Of a DNA stretch of 64,000 bases, positions 12,791 to 24,769 are shown piece by piece; the first letter of the stretch is position 1, and each line of letters opens with the position of its first letter. Position numbers and translations under genes: made by a program. Below the pieces are notes generated by a model that ran no database searches, was not told the DNA's origin, and saw only the letters and a program-made list of their open reading frames with translations. The stretch is from positions 3,472,001 to 3,536,000 of the forward strand of contig JAUFOQ010000016.1 of assembly GCA_040285855.1 (NCBI GenBank), read 5' to 3'. This DNA is from Eukaryota sp. GEM-RC1 (lineage: Eukaryota).

Positions 12791-14558
12791 CTAAACTTCT
12801 TCACTGCTATCAACATGGTCCTCATTTTTGATTGTGACCTCAATTTCATCGTCAGACTTAGCACCTTCATCACCACTGATTTTGATCTCTGCATCACCAT
12901 CAAGTTCCTCTTGTTTGCTGATTGAAACGTCATCATCAGACGTAGTTCCTTCATCACCACTGATTTTGATCTCTGCATCACCATCAACTTCCTCTTGTTT
13001 GCTGATTGAAACGTCATCATCAGACTTAGTTCCTTTATCACCACTGATTTTGATCTCTGCATCACCATCAACTTCCTCTTGATTGCTGATCGTGACCTCA
13101 ATTTCACCATCAGCTTTAGTTTCTTCCTCATTTTTAGCTTCCGAAGAAGTGGTGGGGAGAACATCATCCTGAAATTTGTAAGGTCGTAGAGACACAGCCG
13201 AAACTAGACAAATAGCCAGAAGTACAGGAATAAAGACAAAGAAGGGAATATACAGTAAATGATCCTCCACACCAGTGTTTTGTCCATGAGTCTGAATGAC
13301 ACCCAATACATTCGTGCCCATTAACCCCAGGCTGGGCTCGTAGCCCAGGCTATAATGAGTAAAAAGATAAAGTCATACCTGCCAATGTCATACCAAAGAG
13401 AGATGACAAGGATTTGGAGCCAAACATTTCAACCAAGAGACTGGGGAGAGTTCCCAAACTATAATAAGTATAAAGATAATGCCATACCTGCCACTCATTC
13501 CAGAGATTATGAAAATTGTGAAGATTACAAAGACTCCCAAAAGTTGATTGGTCATGATTGGAGTCATTAAGGCAGTTACCACGAACTGAGATCCCAATAA
13601 CCATACGAATAACCATTTCCTTGATATATTAGCAGCACTCACAACATCACTTAGAATGGGGTACAGAAGTCGTCCAAGCATGTTTACCAAACTAAAGATG
13701 GCGAGATAGTTACCAGCTTGAATATCATTGAGATCAAATACATCCCGCATCATTGGTGAGAGCAGGGAAATGATAGAAACTCCAGTGAAAGTTGTACCCA
13801 AAATGGTGAACCAAACTCTCCAGTACAAGAACGTTCTGAGAGCTTGTCCAAGGGTGATACTCTTTTCAGTAGCGATGGCAGATCTCACTTTGACGGAGGC
13901 GTTCTTGGGGTAGTAGCCCGCTGGTGGCTTGCAGATGAAGGAACTGGTGAGGAAGGTGAAGAATTTTTGTAAAGAATCCCCCATAAAAACCCATGATTAT
14001 AAGAGTTTCTCCAGGACCAGTTGCATGCAGGATACGTGTGTTGACGAGGCCATTGAGACTAGCATCGAGACCAAATCCAGCGAGGGCGACACCGCCGGCA
14101 AATCCTTTCAGATCGGGGAACCATTGGACAGTAGCAGAGACCGGGGTGACATAGCCTAGTGAAAAGGATGCACCAGCAATGACACCATAGCCGATCCAGA
14201 AGAGATGTTTCAAGTCAACTATGACAGCAATCCCGGCAAGACCATGTCCAAGTGCGTATAGGACAGCGCTACTATAACCACTACAGCGGGGTCCTCTTTT
14301 ATCCAGTAGTCTCCCACTGAAAGGGCAGAGGAAACCAAGACCAGCTACTCCAAAACTATACGCGAGACTTGTAATTCCGCGCCAGTGTGGGTGCATGTTA
14401 ATGATTGGGGATGAGAAGATAGAAAACCCATATAAAGTACCAATGTTGATCTGAAGTATGAAACCGCAAACGAGGATGAGATATCGGTTCTTGCGCCAAT
14501 CTTGAACTCTTGGATCATCAACTCCAAGATAGGGGGAATCTGTTGTTGATTTTGACAT
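12791..14558 (-). CDS. MFS transporter, oxalate:formate antiporter (OFA)-like, frameshifted, with an acidic repeat tail
   Basis: GRLLDKRGPR (MFS motif A), QWFPDLKGFAGG, GRLLYPILSD; multiple TM segments across overlapping ORFs. Confidence 0.8.
12832..13112 (-). repeat. 84-bp coding tandem repeat, about 3 copies
   Basis: Unit EEVDGDAEIKISGDxGxxSDDDVSISKQ. Confidence 0.9.
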
Positions 14559-15429
14559 CCGCTCAAATTGGAGTAGGAAAAGAACTTGTCCCTCATTGAG
14601 AGTTGAATGTCTTGGTATTGATATACTACGAGTAGTAGCATTGTCTAGATTTTGTCAAGAGTTTTGTCATGTCTTCACAACCTCTTCACATCCGATTTGT
14701 ATCCTTCAAGTCTTTTAGTATGCCTGGACTTGCGATGACTGGTTAAGCACACATGAGTAATCATCAGATTGAGAAAGTGTCAGATGTGTCAGAAGAAGAA
14801 ACGAGAAGATATGTGATACATGACTCAGGAACAGTAGATACAACAACAGAATCTTCATGAACCATCACGTAGTATATATCAATGTATACAATCCCACGGC
14901 GATAAAGACATTGATGGAGGCTATGGGAGCTTATCAGTGATGTTATTGATTTTTTGAACAAAAACCAGTGCATATAATAGTAAACGAGATAGGGACACCA
15001 TCAGTGAGGAATCATCCTTCAAAATCATCTAAATCAAAAGCGAACATGGGAAGAAGCAAAGAAGACACCAATCAATTGGTGGTTAACAATTTCTTTCACT
15101 TTCCACTTTTCAGAGCATCACCATTACATTGGTCTGTACATTCGGTCTCCGTCAAATATAATACACTTCGTGAGATTTTGCATTGACACTTTCGTTGCAT
15201 CACGTGATTGACCGAATTGTTCTTCTGTCAAGATCTAATTTGTTTAAAATTAATACGTTTCGGGTCAAAATAATCTCAAAGAAGGATATGGATATCACAT
15301 GCGTATGACCCATGGTATAAGTTATCTATTTATTAGAACGACAACAACTGACGAGACCAAATACATGTACTGTTTAAACCATAATATTATAACTATCAAA
15401 ATGGTTGTTTTAATAAAACATTTCTTACT

Positions 15430-15903
15430 TCATTTTCTTAACTTAATGTTCAAGTAATCTTGATCAAACTCTCTGGTGGCAACACCTCTACTGGTACAAC
15501 GATGGTGAGTAACAAGCGATTCCTTTGCCAGAGGAATATAACTCACTTTATGTGTCGTACAAGTTAAGTCTGATTCATCCTCATAGTTGATCTCAGTGAC
15601 GACCTTTGGGATTTGATGATTGCTGTTGGTTTGTTTTGAAGAAGAGGAAGAAGCACTTTGAGGAGAAAGATCCCCAACCAGAAAGCGGGCGTTGCTAAAT
15701 GTACCTTGATTACTTTTGATAACTCGTTTGGGCTGATTTGTGTTTGTAGAGCACGAGAAATCAGTATGACATGTTGTAGTGAAGGATCCTGAAGGTTCTG
15801 AAAGTGAAGAAGTACATGTTTTAAGATAGTCTTCGTGCCAATTTCCAATACGAACAGATGTAGAGTACTTGGGATTGTTTGCTTCTTTGAAGTGAGAACT
15901 CAT
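15430..15903 (-). CDS. Probable ciliary microtubule inner protein with an NWE-type motif (CFAP107/CFAP68-like)
   Basis: N-terminal KYSTSVRIGNWHED and TT...F/Y motifs. Confidence 0.6.
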   Translation of the reverse strand: MSSHFKEANNPKYSTSVRIGNWHEDYLKTCTSSLSEPSGSFTTTCHTDFSCSTNTNQPKRVIKSNQGTFSNARFLVGDLSPQSASSSSSKQTNSNHQIPKVVTEINYEDESDLTCTTHKVSYIPLAKESLVTHHRCTSRGVATREFDQDYLNIKLRK

Positions 15904-16012
15904 TTGTTGAAATAAAAATCGGACAAGCTCTTCTCTAAAACACTCTTTGTCTCAAAATAACTCTCTGCAAGGCATTGACGTCATCGTTCAATGCATATAC
16001 TTCACTTCCACA

Positions 16013-17982
16013 ATGTCCCAGCTGATGCACACCTTGTATGTTTCTCTTCCCCGTTTATTCCAGACTGAAATTGCAGCTCTAGTCGGGGCAGTATATGACC
16101 ACATAAAAATTGTTCCCCAAAAGAACCTTGCTCTTGTTTACTTCACAACACAACAACAAGCCATCACTACTCACGATCTCCTCTCCTCCAACAAGCTTCT
16201 TACCATCCGTTCTTCCCCGATATCAGTCTCATACTCCTCCGCAGACACTCGATCTGATCCCGCTGATTACACTAACAAGATTCTCTTCCTCACCTTTCAC
16301 ACCCCACCATCTGAAGTCACTGTTACCGATGTTCTGCCCGTCTTTCAAGTTTTTGGTGAAGTTCACAAGATTAAGGTGTTCAAGAAACACTTTCTTCACG
16401 CTTTTGTTCAGTATTCATTTGTTGAATATGCACAGGATGCGTTCAATCTTTGACTGGGAAACTGAAAATCAAGGAATGTGATGTCTTAATGAAATATGCA
16501 AATAATGATGACGTTACTGTTGATGGAAATTCTAAATATTGTTCAGAATATTCACTTTTGAACCAGTCCAAGGCTAACAATGTGTTTTTGGTTCCAGCGA
16601 CACAACAATTAAATTATTTTGACTTTTTTCAAATTTTTCATGAAGAGTTAGTAGATGTTTACAGTTGTTCAGACACATCAAATTCCTTTTCATATCATTT
16701 AAAATTTGATTCAAAAATTGATGTCAATTTGCCATATGTTCAATCCAAAATTCTAGGGTCAGCAATCAAAGAAAAATCAATAATTTCGAAAATTTCGAGA
16801 TCTTTAAAGTGTCAGTTTGAATCACAGTCGTCACTTTCCAAATTTATTTCTAACGATATTGAGTGTATAAGTGAAGCTCATTCACAATTACCAATGGTCA
16901 ATGATTTGACCAACCCAATTCTATTGCCTTCAAAATCCAATTTTGAAAATTTTGTTGTTTTTGATATATTTTTAAATCAAGGCTCGTATTATTTTCTCTC
17001 CATTTATTGCTCAAAAGTTTCTCTATTTAAAATTTCTAATGAAAACAGATTTAGTGTCCTCAATTTTTTGAAATCTTCTCATTTAAAAATCTTTGTTGGC
17101 GACCACAGATTTATAAATGAAACTCTTCATTTCAGAGATTTTTTCAAAATTTTCAAAATTGCTTCAATATTTGTTCTTTGTCGCCACAATTGTTTTCTGT
17201 TGATTCTCCCCATAACATTTATGATTTGATTGCCATGCATTCAGTAAATGTTTACTCTACCAAGGAGACAATAATCAAACTTTTAGAAAAGTCATCCGTT
17301 CACACCAAATATTTTGAAAATTTCACTCATGAGTTTCTAAAAGTTCAATCCAAGCTATTGAATTACTCATCGTTATGGTATTTTTTAAAATTGAATTTCG
17401 AACCGCTCCTGGTTTCTCGGCTCAGTTTTGAAAAATCCAGTAATTATTCATGTTGTTTCAGTCCGTGCTTGACCTTTTCTTGCCTCGCTGACGTATCTTT
17501 CTACCTTGATGACGTTTTTTCGCCGTTATTTTCCAACTTTTCTTTTGGAGATATTTTAAAAATACGTTACACCCACAACTATCTACATGCTGTCGGGTGT
17601 GTCAAAAAGATTCAGTTTTCCATCAGAATTACCCAGTCATTCTCAGTGTGTTGTCAATTTTTCAAATAATTTTAAATTTTGTGAAAGTAACCAGAGTTTC
17701 CTGTGTTGTTTTACATCAGTTTTCAAAAATCCTGCAACAATTACTTCTTTAATTTCTGACTGTCACGTACTGGACAGTGATTGTCATATTTATTATCTAA
17801 TTTGTTCGTGTAATGATCGATATTCATTCAAACAATGTATACCTTCTACTTTGACTGGCAAACCCAATAGCAAACGTGCATCTGCTAATTTTTTAAATTT
17901 TCTGGAATCCCTTCAGGATACAAGTCCGTCTTCTTTATCTGAAGAACTGCAAAAACCTTATTTAAAATTGCTAATTCTCTGA
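16013..17982 (+). CDS. RRM protein, PTB/hnRNP-L-like N-terminus, frameshifted
   Basis: VTVTDVLPVFQVFGEVHKIKVFKK..HAFVQY; overlapping ORFs continue to 17982. Confidence 0.65.
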
Positions 17983-18699
17983 CAAGTTTTTTAAATCCGA
18001 ATGAAAGACTGAAACAATTTGATACTGATAGTTATTTCGATACCATTGATTTTCCTCAAATATTTTCGTCAATCTCTCATTCATTCTCCCCGTCTGATGA
18101 TGAACTTTCCTGCTCTGTCGATATCGCTTCTGTCGTGTACAGCAATGAAAGTGATCTGGAACTATGATATATATATACAGTCTTGTGTTTGAAAATGTCT
18201 TTGATCTGTTAATTTGTTGTTGGAAACAACGTATTTTCGAACACAAATTCTGTTGGTTTTTTGACCAGTCCAATTTTGAAGAAGACGTCATTCTATAATA
18301 AAAATTTAATACTTTCATATTTATTCCTTTTCATTATCGTTGCCCTAATACAAGCATAATGAAAGGTATGATTGTTTTGTTTGTATTAGGGTGCGCAAAA
18401 CACGGATTATTTAAATATTATATTATTTTGCCACACCGTGTGTTTGTTAGATGTTTTTGTTGTGTGCATGCTTTTTTAACTAATGAAGACAATAGTTGAT
18501 GTCTAAAATTGCAAATTACTTCGTAAATCATTTCAATATAAAACTACTTATAGATGAAGGGGACAACAATACAGCAGTGTACATAAACGTATAGTATCAC
18601 GTGATAATTGATTTTGTATAATAATTAGATAATTGATTTAATAAACTTATGCATCGAACAGAACAGAAAAGAAATCCAACGGTTATGTTGTTTTGTAAT

Positions 18700-19380
18700 T
18701 GCATCTTTCTTTGCCTGTGAGCTCACTAGTTACAGAAGAAGTTTGTTGTGTTTCACGAATTCTTGGACTTTAAAAACCGTATTGGCTTCTAGTTGGCTAA
18801 GACTAAGGGTCCCGCTTTTTGATTAAAAAGACAGTTCTTCAAACTCTACGTCTTCGTTTGTTTCTCGTTTACCAAGAACATTTTGTTTTAATTCCTAAGA
18901 TGACTTACCTATATGCGGCTTTGGTTAGGTTTATGGCCATCAGGTCTTTTGAAGCATTCTCCGTATCTTTGTGCCGTTCAATGACTTCAAATTTTGATCA
19001 TTTGGCAAACTGTCATCAATTTATTCATTTTAGATCTACCATTCACAATAGTATCCGGGATACACGTTTGGATATGTCTAAAGCTAATGATTTAAATTCC
19101 AAAATTGAACTTGTACTTGATAGTCTTTCTGATCAGCCAAAAGTTGATAGAAGTCGTGGTGATTTGATCGGTCCTTGGTTATCTTGTCAGGAAATTATCA
19201 TGGATTTCACAACTGTGGGTCCTTGTAATTCAAGGTCAGTTTCGAAATGTTTGATGAATATTTTGAAGTGGCTGAAAAAGGAAACCATACAAAGTACTAT
19301 CATATAATTAACCAATTGAATGTTGACAGGTACAATTCTGGTGTGTTTCAGCAATTGGTGATGTCGCTATACGATGATGT
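18700..19380 (+). mobile_element. Degenerate family E fragment
   Basis: HLANCHQF, RSRGDLIGPW, MDFTTV; similar to 40130-40790. Confidence 0.75.
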
Positions 19381-19610
19381 GGCTGATGAATCATAGTTCT
19401 GCTTAGTTAGTTTCTTTCAGTTATTTTTTGGAAAAGCAAGTATTTCTTAAAAACCGTTTCTTTATAGTTACTTTCTTGTTGTGCGTTCGGTTCACTACAG
19501 ACTTTTTCAAAGACTTTTGAATTCGAACAACAATATAATCCCTGAATCAAATTTAAATTTAAAATAAGGTCTAAATCAAACTGTCTGATCGAGTTGTAAA
19601 GGGTATAAAT

Positions 19611-21338
19611 TAGACCTTGGAATCGGATTCGTTTTCTCAAATCTGATCCGATCCGAATCTGGTTGATCGAAATCTGAATCCAATCCGGATCCTGGTGTAC
19701 AATATCCGAATCCGATCGGATTGAGCTTTTTTAATCTAATACACTTCATTGAGTCTGTTTTAGTTTCTGCACTTATCTTACGTTTTTTGATCCATAAAGA
19801 AATGACGTCCTGTAAACTGGTTTTTACTAGGAGGTAGGATAACAAAGTTCTACCAAGATCTATTAGTCAAAAAGTAACATCAATTGTCATAATCTGGGAA
19901 TAGTCCATGAATCCAAATTTTGTCCATGAATAGAGTAAAACCAATACTTGAACTGTGTCACATTTGAGCGAAGCTCTTTTTTCGCACACAATTAACCCAG
20001 CACGGTAAAGGAGTCTTTGACATGGTACAGATGATGCCTGTATTGAACAATAATCAAAGAAGATTCGAGCAAGTGTGGTATAAGTGCTTTCATTTCTCTT
20101 CCACCAAATTGATGGACTTCGATGTTGCTGGCGGCAGAATCCTAGAGGAAGTCTACATTGGAATCGTAAGACATTTGAGACAGATGTAGTTACCGAATTT
20201 ACTTAGGGAGAAGTCATGCTCAACAGTCATATTAACAAATCAATCGTTTTAAATAACGTATAATATTAGTAAAAAACGGGGTTTATGATCAATTCAGTGA
20301 AATTCTGTAATTGCTTTTAAACAATAGTAACTAAATGATACCAACTACAGTACATGTACTGTATCTATATTAGTGTTAGTAAAGAAAAAAAACGGATTTA
20401 TGTGCGGAGAAAAACACATAATAAGATAAGTACAAATAAATAAACACTATTAAAACAAATTATCAAACGAACTACCTAATTCCGAAAAGTAGTTGCCTCC
20501 AAACAACTTGGACAAAATGGAATCAACATATCTATACATAGACCTAAAAATCGAAAAAACAAATTTACTCTTCCAGTACGATCTGTTAAACTTCTTGCCA
20601 AATTCTGAACACAAATTTTCAAATAAACTTAAAAACTCCTTGGTAGAAGAACCGAAATTTCCGTACAATGAAACTGCAAAAGGCTGAAAGACGATGTTAT
20701 TGTGTCTTCGTGAATTCAATGCAGCAACTTGATGTCCGTACTTAGACACTTTGGCGTTCTCAGCGTCTTTCAGCGGATCAATTGAGGGATTCAAAATGTT
20801 GGCAATAGCTGAAGCTTTGCAAGGATCAACGGTCGTAAAATCAACAACAATTTCTTGGCATGACAACCAAGGGCCAATAAAATCACCACGTTTCTGAGTA
20901 GAATCAGGGTGATCTGAAAGATGAGAAAGTAATGGTTCGACTTTGCCATGGAAACCATTCGCCTTAAACATTTCCAAACATGTATCTCGAAGACTGTTGT
21001 GCAAAATTGAACGACAATATATGAACTTTGAACAATTGACCAAATGATGAAAGCTAGCCTTATGTTGGTTTTTACAGATACACGTGCTGTTCTGTAACAA
21101 ACCAAATGGCCAAAAACCTAAACGAAGTCTCATGTTAACAAGCCATTCATGATCTTTTAGATTAAAAATAAATCTCCCTGGCAATTGAGTAATGAAAGTA
21201 GATGCTGAATCACTACTCATGTCTTGTAAAAATAAACAGTAAAGTAAACAGATGTATTTTGCGTCCACAATAATACCATAATCATTAAAAATCCGATCCG
21301 AGAAATCCGATTGGATTATCTGATCCGATTCCAAGGTA
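19611..21338 (-). mobile_element. Defective hAT element with a transposase dimerisation-domain remnant (about 19910-20105), interrupted by retroelement F
   Basis: TIR core ACCTTGGAATCGGAT at both ends; GATCCGA subterminal repeats; TSD (G/C)TATAAAT; minus strand reads WWKRNESTYTTLARIFFDYCSIQASSVPC..RAG...RASL...SW. Confidence 0.75.
20271..21230 (-). mobile_element. Family F CRE-like retrotransposon 3' part
   Basis: ORF 20450-21334: MRLRLG, CIC..HLVNC, KRGDF, VDFTTVD, AENAK, QPFAVS; 3' end CATAAACCCCGTTTTTT. Confidence 0.85.
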
Positions 21339-21460
21339 CTATAAATGTTGTTTTGAGATGAAGTTTTTGCTTAAAAACTTTTTAAAGAACAACAAATGGT
21401 ACTAAACAAATTTATTCAAGGCTATAACTTTACAGAAACATTTATAAGTTTTTAATTATT

Positions 21461-23263
21461 TTACATTGACCTCCAATCATCCAACATTTGCAGAACGTCA
21501 TCTTCAACAGACTTTTCAGGACTTTTGTCTTCTAACGAAGTCTCTTCATGAGCAGAAGTCTCAATAGTGGACTGAGCTAAATCTTCAAGTTTTAGCTCAT
21601 CCTCCAAGTCTTTCTCCATTTGAACTTCATCTTCTTCTGTCAGACTTTCTTCCAAAACTTTCTTTTGAACATATTTCTTTGGGGTTTTGATCGTAGTCAT
21701 ACAGGGACTACTTTCTAAATCGCTCCAAGCTTGTCTAACTTGATTTAAATAGGAAGCTTCCGTTTTTGAATAAGTTTTCTCGATATCTTGCAGTGGTGAT
21801 TTTTCATCAATTGAACGATGAAGATTAAAATTTGGACTTTTCAGTGGACTAAAAATTGTGTTACGTGGCATAGGGTCAGAATTGGGTTGACTTTGATTGG
21901 GAATTGGTGGACTATAGATGTTCTTAACTCTTGATTGCGATTGCTTTTGATACTCTTGCTCAAACATAACTTCACCTCTAAAACTTCTAAATTTAGAAAC
22001 AGGACTTTCCGAAGAAGTAATTTGACTTTCAGGAGTAGACATAGTTTCAGGAACTTTCTTCGGTTTTTTCTTCCCAAACTGCTTGATTTTTGGACTAAAC
22101 GTACAGTCTTTTAATTCCCTTTCTTTCACCTCCCGTTGTTTCTCATTAACAAGCTTCTCCTTTCGCGTCATCAACAGAAGAGATCTGTCGTAAAGTGAAG
22201 CACCAACAGATCCAGAGTAGAGATTTCTAGTAAGTGAAACGGACTTTGAATTTAATTGAGGGGTGAAAGTACATTCAGATTTCTCTTTTTGTTCTTTTTC
22301 CTTTGCTAAATTTGCTAATTGTTGTTCCACACGGTTCTTATAAATCTCAGATCGTGCTGATATATCAATTTCAGGTTTTTTCTTTCGAAGTCCTGGTTTT
22401 GAACCTTTTTGACCGAATAGTTCTGGAGCTTCGTCAGCAACAGACTTCTTCGGCGAGTGAAACAGAGATTTGCGAGGATTGACAGCACCAGATAAAATTT
22501 TCTCAGTATTTGAATTAATTGAAGGTGAGAAAGGACATTCAGTCTTTTGATATTCTTCCTCCATTTGACGACGTTTTTCACTTATAACAACACCTTCCGA
22601 ATACAGCTGGTCAAAGGCATTTGATCGCTTTCCTTCTTTGAGCTCCTCAGGGTCAGGAATGATTAACGGAGTGAATAGAACTTGACCAGTTGAGTTATCA
22701 ATCAATTTGTCCCTTGTGGAAGGAGACGAGTTCTTTGATTGAGAGAGTTTGTAAAGACGTTCTGTTACTGGCTCACTGTTGGTTTTTGAAAGATGTTTAC
22801 TTACTTCGTTGATTTGAGGTGTAAACGTGCCCTCTGGAGCTTGCGTGTTGTTATACCGTTGTTTGTGTTGTTCAGCATATCTATCCCAAGCTTTGATAGG
22901 ACCAAGGTGACCCGTTTGTTCCGCGATTCTACGTGATCGTTCAGAGACAAGAGATGGTGGAGAAGGGGGAAGAGTTTCTTGCTCTGAGAGACGGCGTTTA
23001 CGTTCATCATCTAGACGGCTTTCCTTTCGTTGTAGCCACATTCTATTATAATCAGCAAAATCCATGGAATCTGGACGAGCTTTGTGAGCCTTGGCTTTTT
23101 GAGGTGTTTTGGTGATTTCAGGTTTGTCACGTAGCTGTTGAAGTTCTGCTTCCTCTTGAGCTTTGAGAAGAGCGTCCGCTTTACGTTTTTTGTCAAAGAG
23201 CATAGCATTACCAAGATGGTATAGTTTTTCACCTACGTTCTCAAAAAGACGAAGGCATGTCAT
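21461..23263 (-). CDS. Uncharacterised coiled-coil protein with repeated (C/G)xFxPxIN motifs
   Basis: 600-aa ORF; GTFTPQIN, CPFSPSIN, CTFTPQLN, CTFSPKI; start uncertain. Confidence 0.8.
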   Translation of the reverse strand: MTCLRLFENVGEKLYHLGNAMLFDKKRKADALLKAQEEAELQQLRDKPEITKTPQKAKAHKARPDSMDFADYNRMWLQRKESRLDDERKRRLSEQETLPPSPPSLVSERSRRIAEQTGHLGPIKAWDRYAEQHKQRYNNTQAPEGTFTPQINEVSKHLSKTNSEPVTERLYKLSQSKNSSPSTRDKLIDNSTGQVLFTPLIIPDPEELKEGKRSNAFDQLYSEGVVISEKRRQMEEEYQKTECPFSPSINSNTEKILSGAVNPRKSLFHSPKKSVADEAPELFGQKGSKPGLRKKKPEIDISARSEIYKNRVEQQLANLAKEKEQKEKSECTFTPQLNSKSVSLTRNLYSGSVGASLYDRSLLLMTRKEKLVNEKQREVKERELKDCTFSPKIKQFGKKKPKKVPETMSTPESQITSSESPVSKFRSFRGEVMFEQEYQKQSQSRVKNIYSPPIPNQSQPNSDPMPRNTIFSPLKSPNFNLHRSIDEKSPLQDIEKTYSKTEASYLNQVRQAWSDLESSPCMTTIKTPKKYVQKKVLEESLTEEDEVQMEKDLEDELKLEDLAQSTIETSAHEETSLEDKSPEKSVEDDVLQMLDDWRSM

Positions 23264-23699
23264 ATCGAGCTTTTTCAGCCATATTAATAGTGGAGGAAGA
23301 ACAGTTTTCGGTTGTGAGCAAATTGGGAAAAATTAATTACTAATCAACTGACACTACATGTAGCATACTAATAAATAGAAACACTATCACAGTAATGATA
23401 CCGAGTGACTATTCATGTATGGACTAAAATGATTATTCGTTCAAATAATTGAAATATACATTTTTGAATTAGTCGTCACTGTTTAAAGCAGGTTTAATAG
23501 TAACATGACACGTTGTAAGATTTAACCAGACATTTGAAGATGTCCAGTGAATGATGATACACTTCGAAATCAAACAGTGTGTAAAGTTCATAGTTGCTCA
23601 CTTTGTTGGCATGTACATATATCGATAACGTGCTCTAAAATGCAACTTGAATGAAAACCAAGTTTGACAGGATCCAAAAAAATTCCAAAACTCTGCAAA

Positions 23700-24735
23700 A
23701 TGGTCTTCCTATACATCCTCCTAAACACTGTTTCGGCAGTTAGCATAGTCCTTCTCAACAAGGTTCTATTCTCTACTTATGAGTTTGGGTTCGGAACTAT
23801 CTTGACATTCACTCACTTCATAGTGACGTTTTGTGGTTTACATGCTATGGCTAAGCGAAAGATGTTCGTACCTGCCACTCTCACGTTTAAGGATGTTGCG
23901 CCATTATCTCTAGCCTTCACTGGCTATGTAGTCTTTAATAACCTTTCCCTCGTCTACAATCCCGTCAACTTCTATCAGATTCTAAAAGTATGTTTTTGAA
24001 TATCTCCTTTGCTCACACTAGATTTTGATATCACCAACCGTTGCTCTTTTCGAGTATTTTATCTACAAGAAGAAGTTTGGCATCATCACTCTGTCCTCTT
24101 TGTTCCTCGTCACCATTGGTGTCTTCTTCGCTACTGTTGGAGACACTGACTTCAAATTGGACTTCTTTGGCGCTTTCTTTGGGTTTACCTCCGTCATTGT
24201 CACCGCTTTCTACCAAATCTGGTCTGGCACCATGCAGAGAAAGTTCAACGTCTCTTCTGTCCAGCTTTTGTACAAAATGGTCCCTTATTCTCTCATTTCT
24301 CTCATTTGTTTCGTTCCTCTCTTTGACTCCGTTACAGAATTCATTAACTTTGAGTTCAACACTGGGGTTATAGTTCTCATTGTTCTCACCGCCGCTTTGT
24401 CTTTCTTCGTCAATCTCTCTTTGTTTTTGATTACTGGAAAGTCTTCTGCTGTGGTCTACAACATCTTCTCTCACGCTAAAACTATCTTAATCTTGTCTGG
24501 AGGATTTTTAATTTTCCATGATCCACTTACTGGAAGAATTGCCTTTGGAATGGCATTAACGATATCTGGAATAGTTTTTTATTCCATTATTAAGATTAAA
24601 CAATCTCAGAAAGCTAAACAGAAAGTTGAAGAAGTACCATTAAAAAAAGATGAAAGTTTGGATGAAATTAAAACTTTACCTACACTTGAAGCTGAAGAAG
24701 AAGGTGACGTGATTCATGATGTGAAGGATGAATAG
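23700..24735 (+). CDS. Nucleotide-sugar/triose-phosphate transporter family (SLC35E-like), intron 23988-24021
   Basis: IVLLNK, FNNLSL..NPVNFYQILK|ILISP, HAKTILIL; the 34-nt GTATG..TAG intron restores the frame. Confidence 0.88.
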
Positions 24736-24769
24736 CTTTAAATAATAAATATTTAAAATAGTTTGTTTC

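Noticed and set aside
21230..21334. N-terminus of the 294-aa ORF as retroelement protein
   Set aside because: Read-through from hAT subterminal sequence into the truncated F copy
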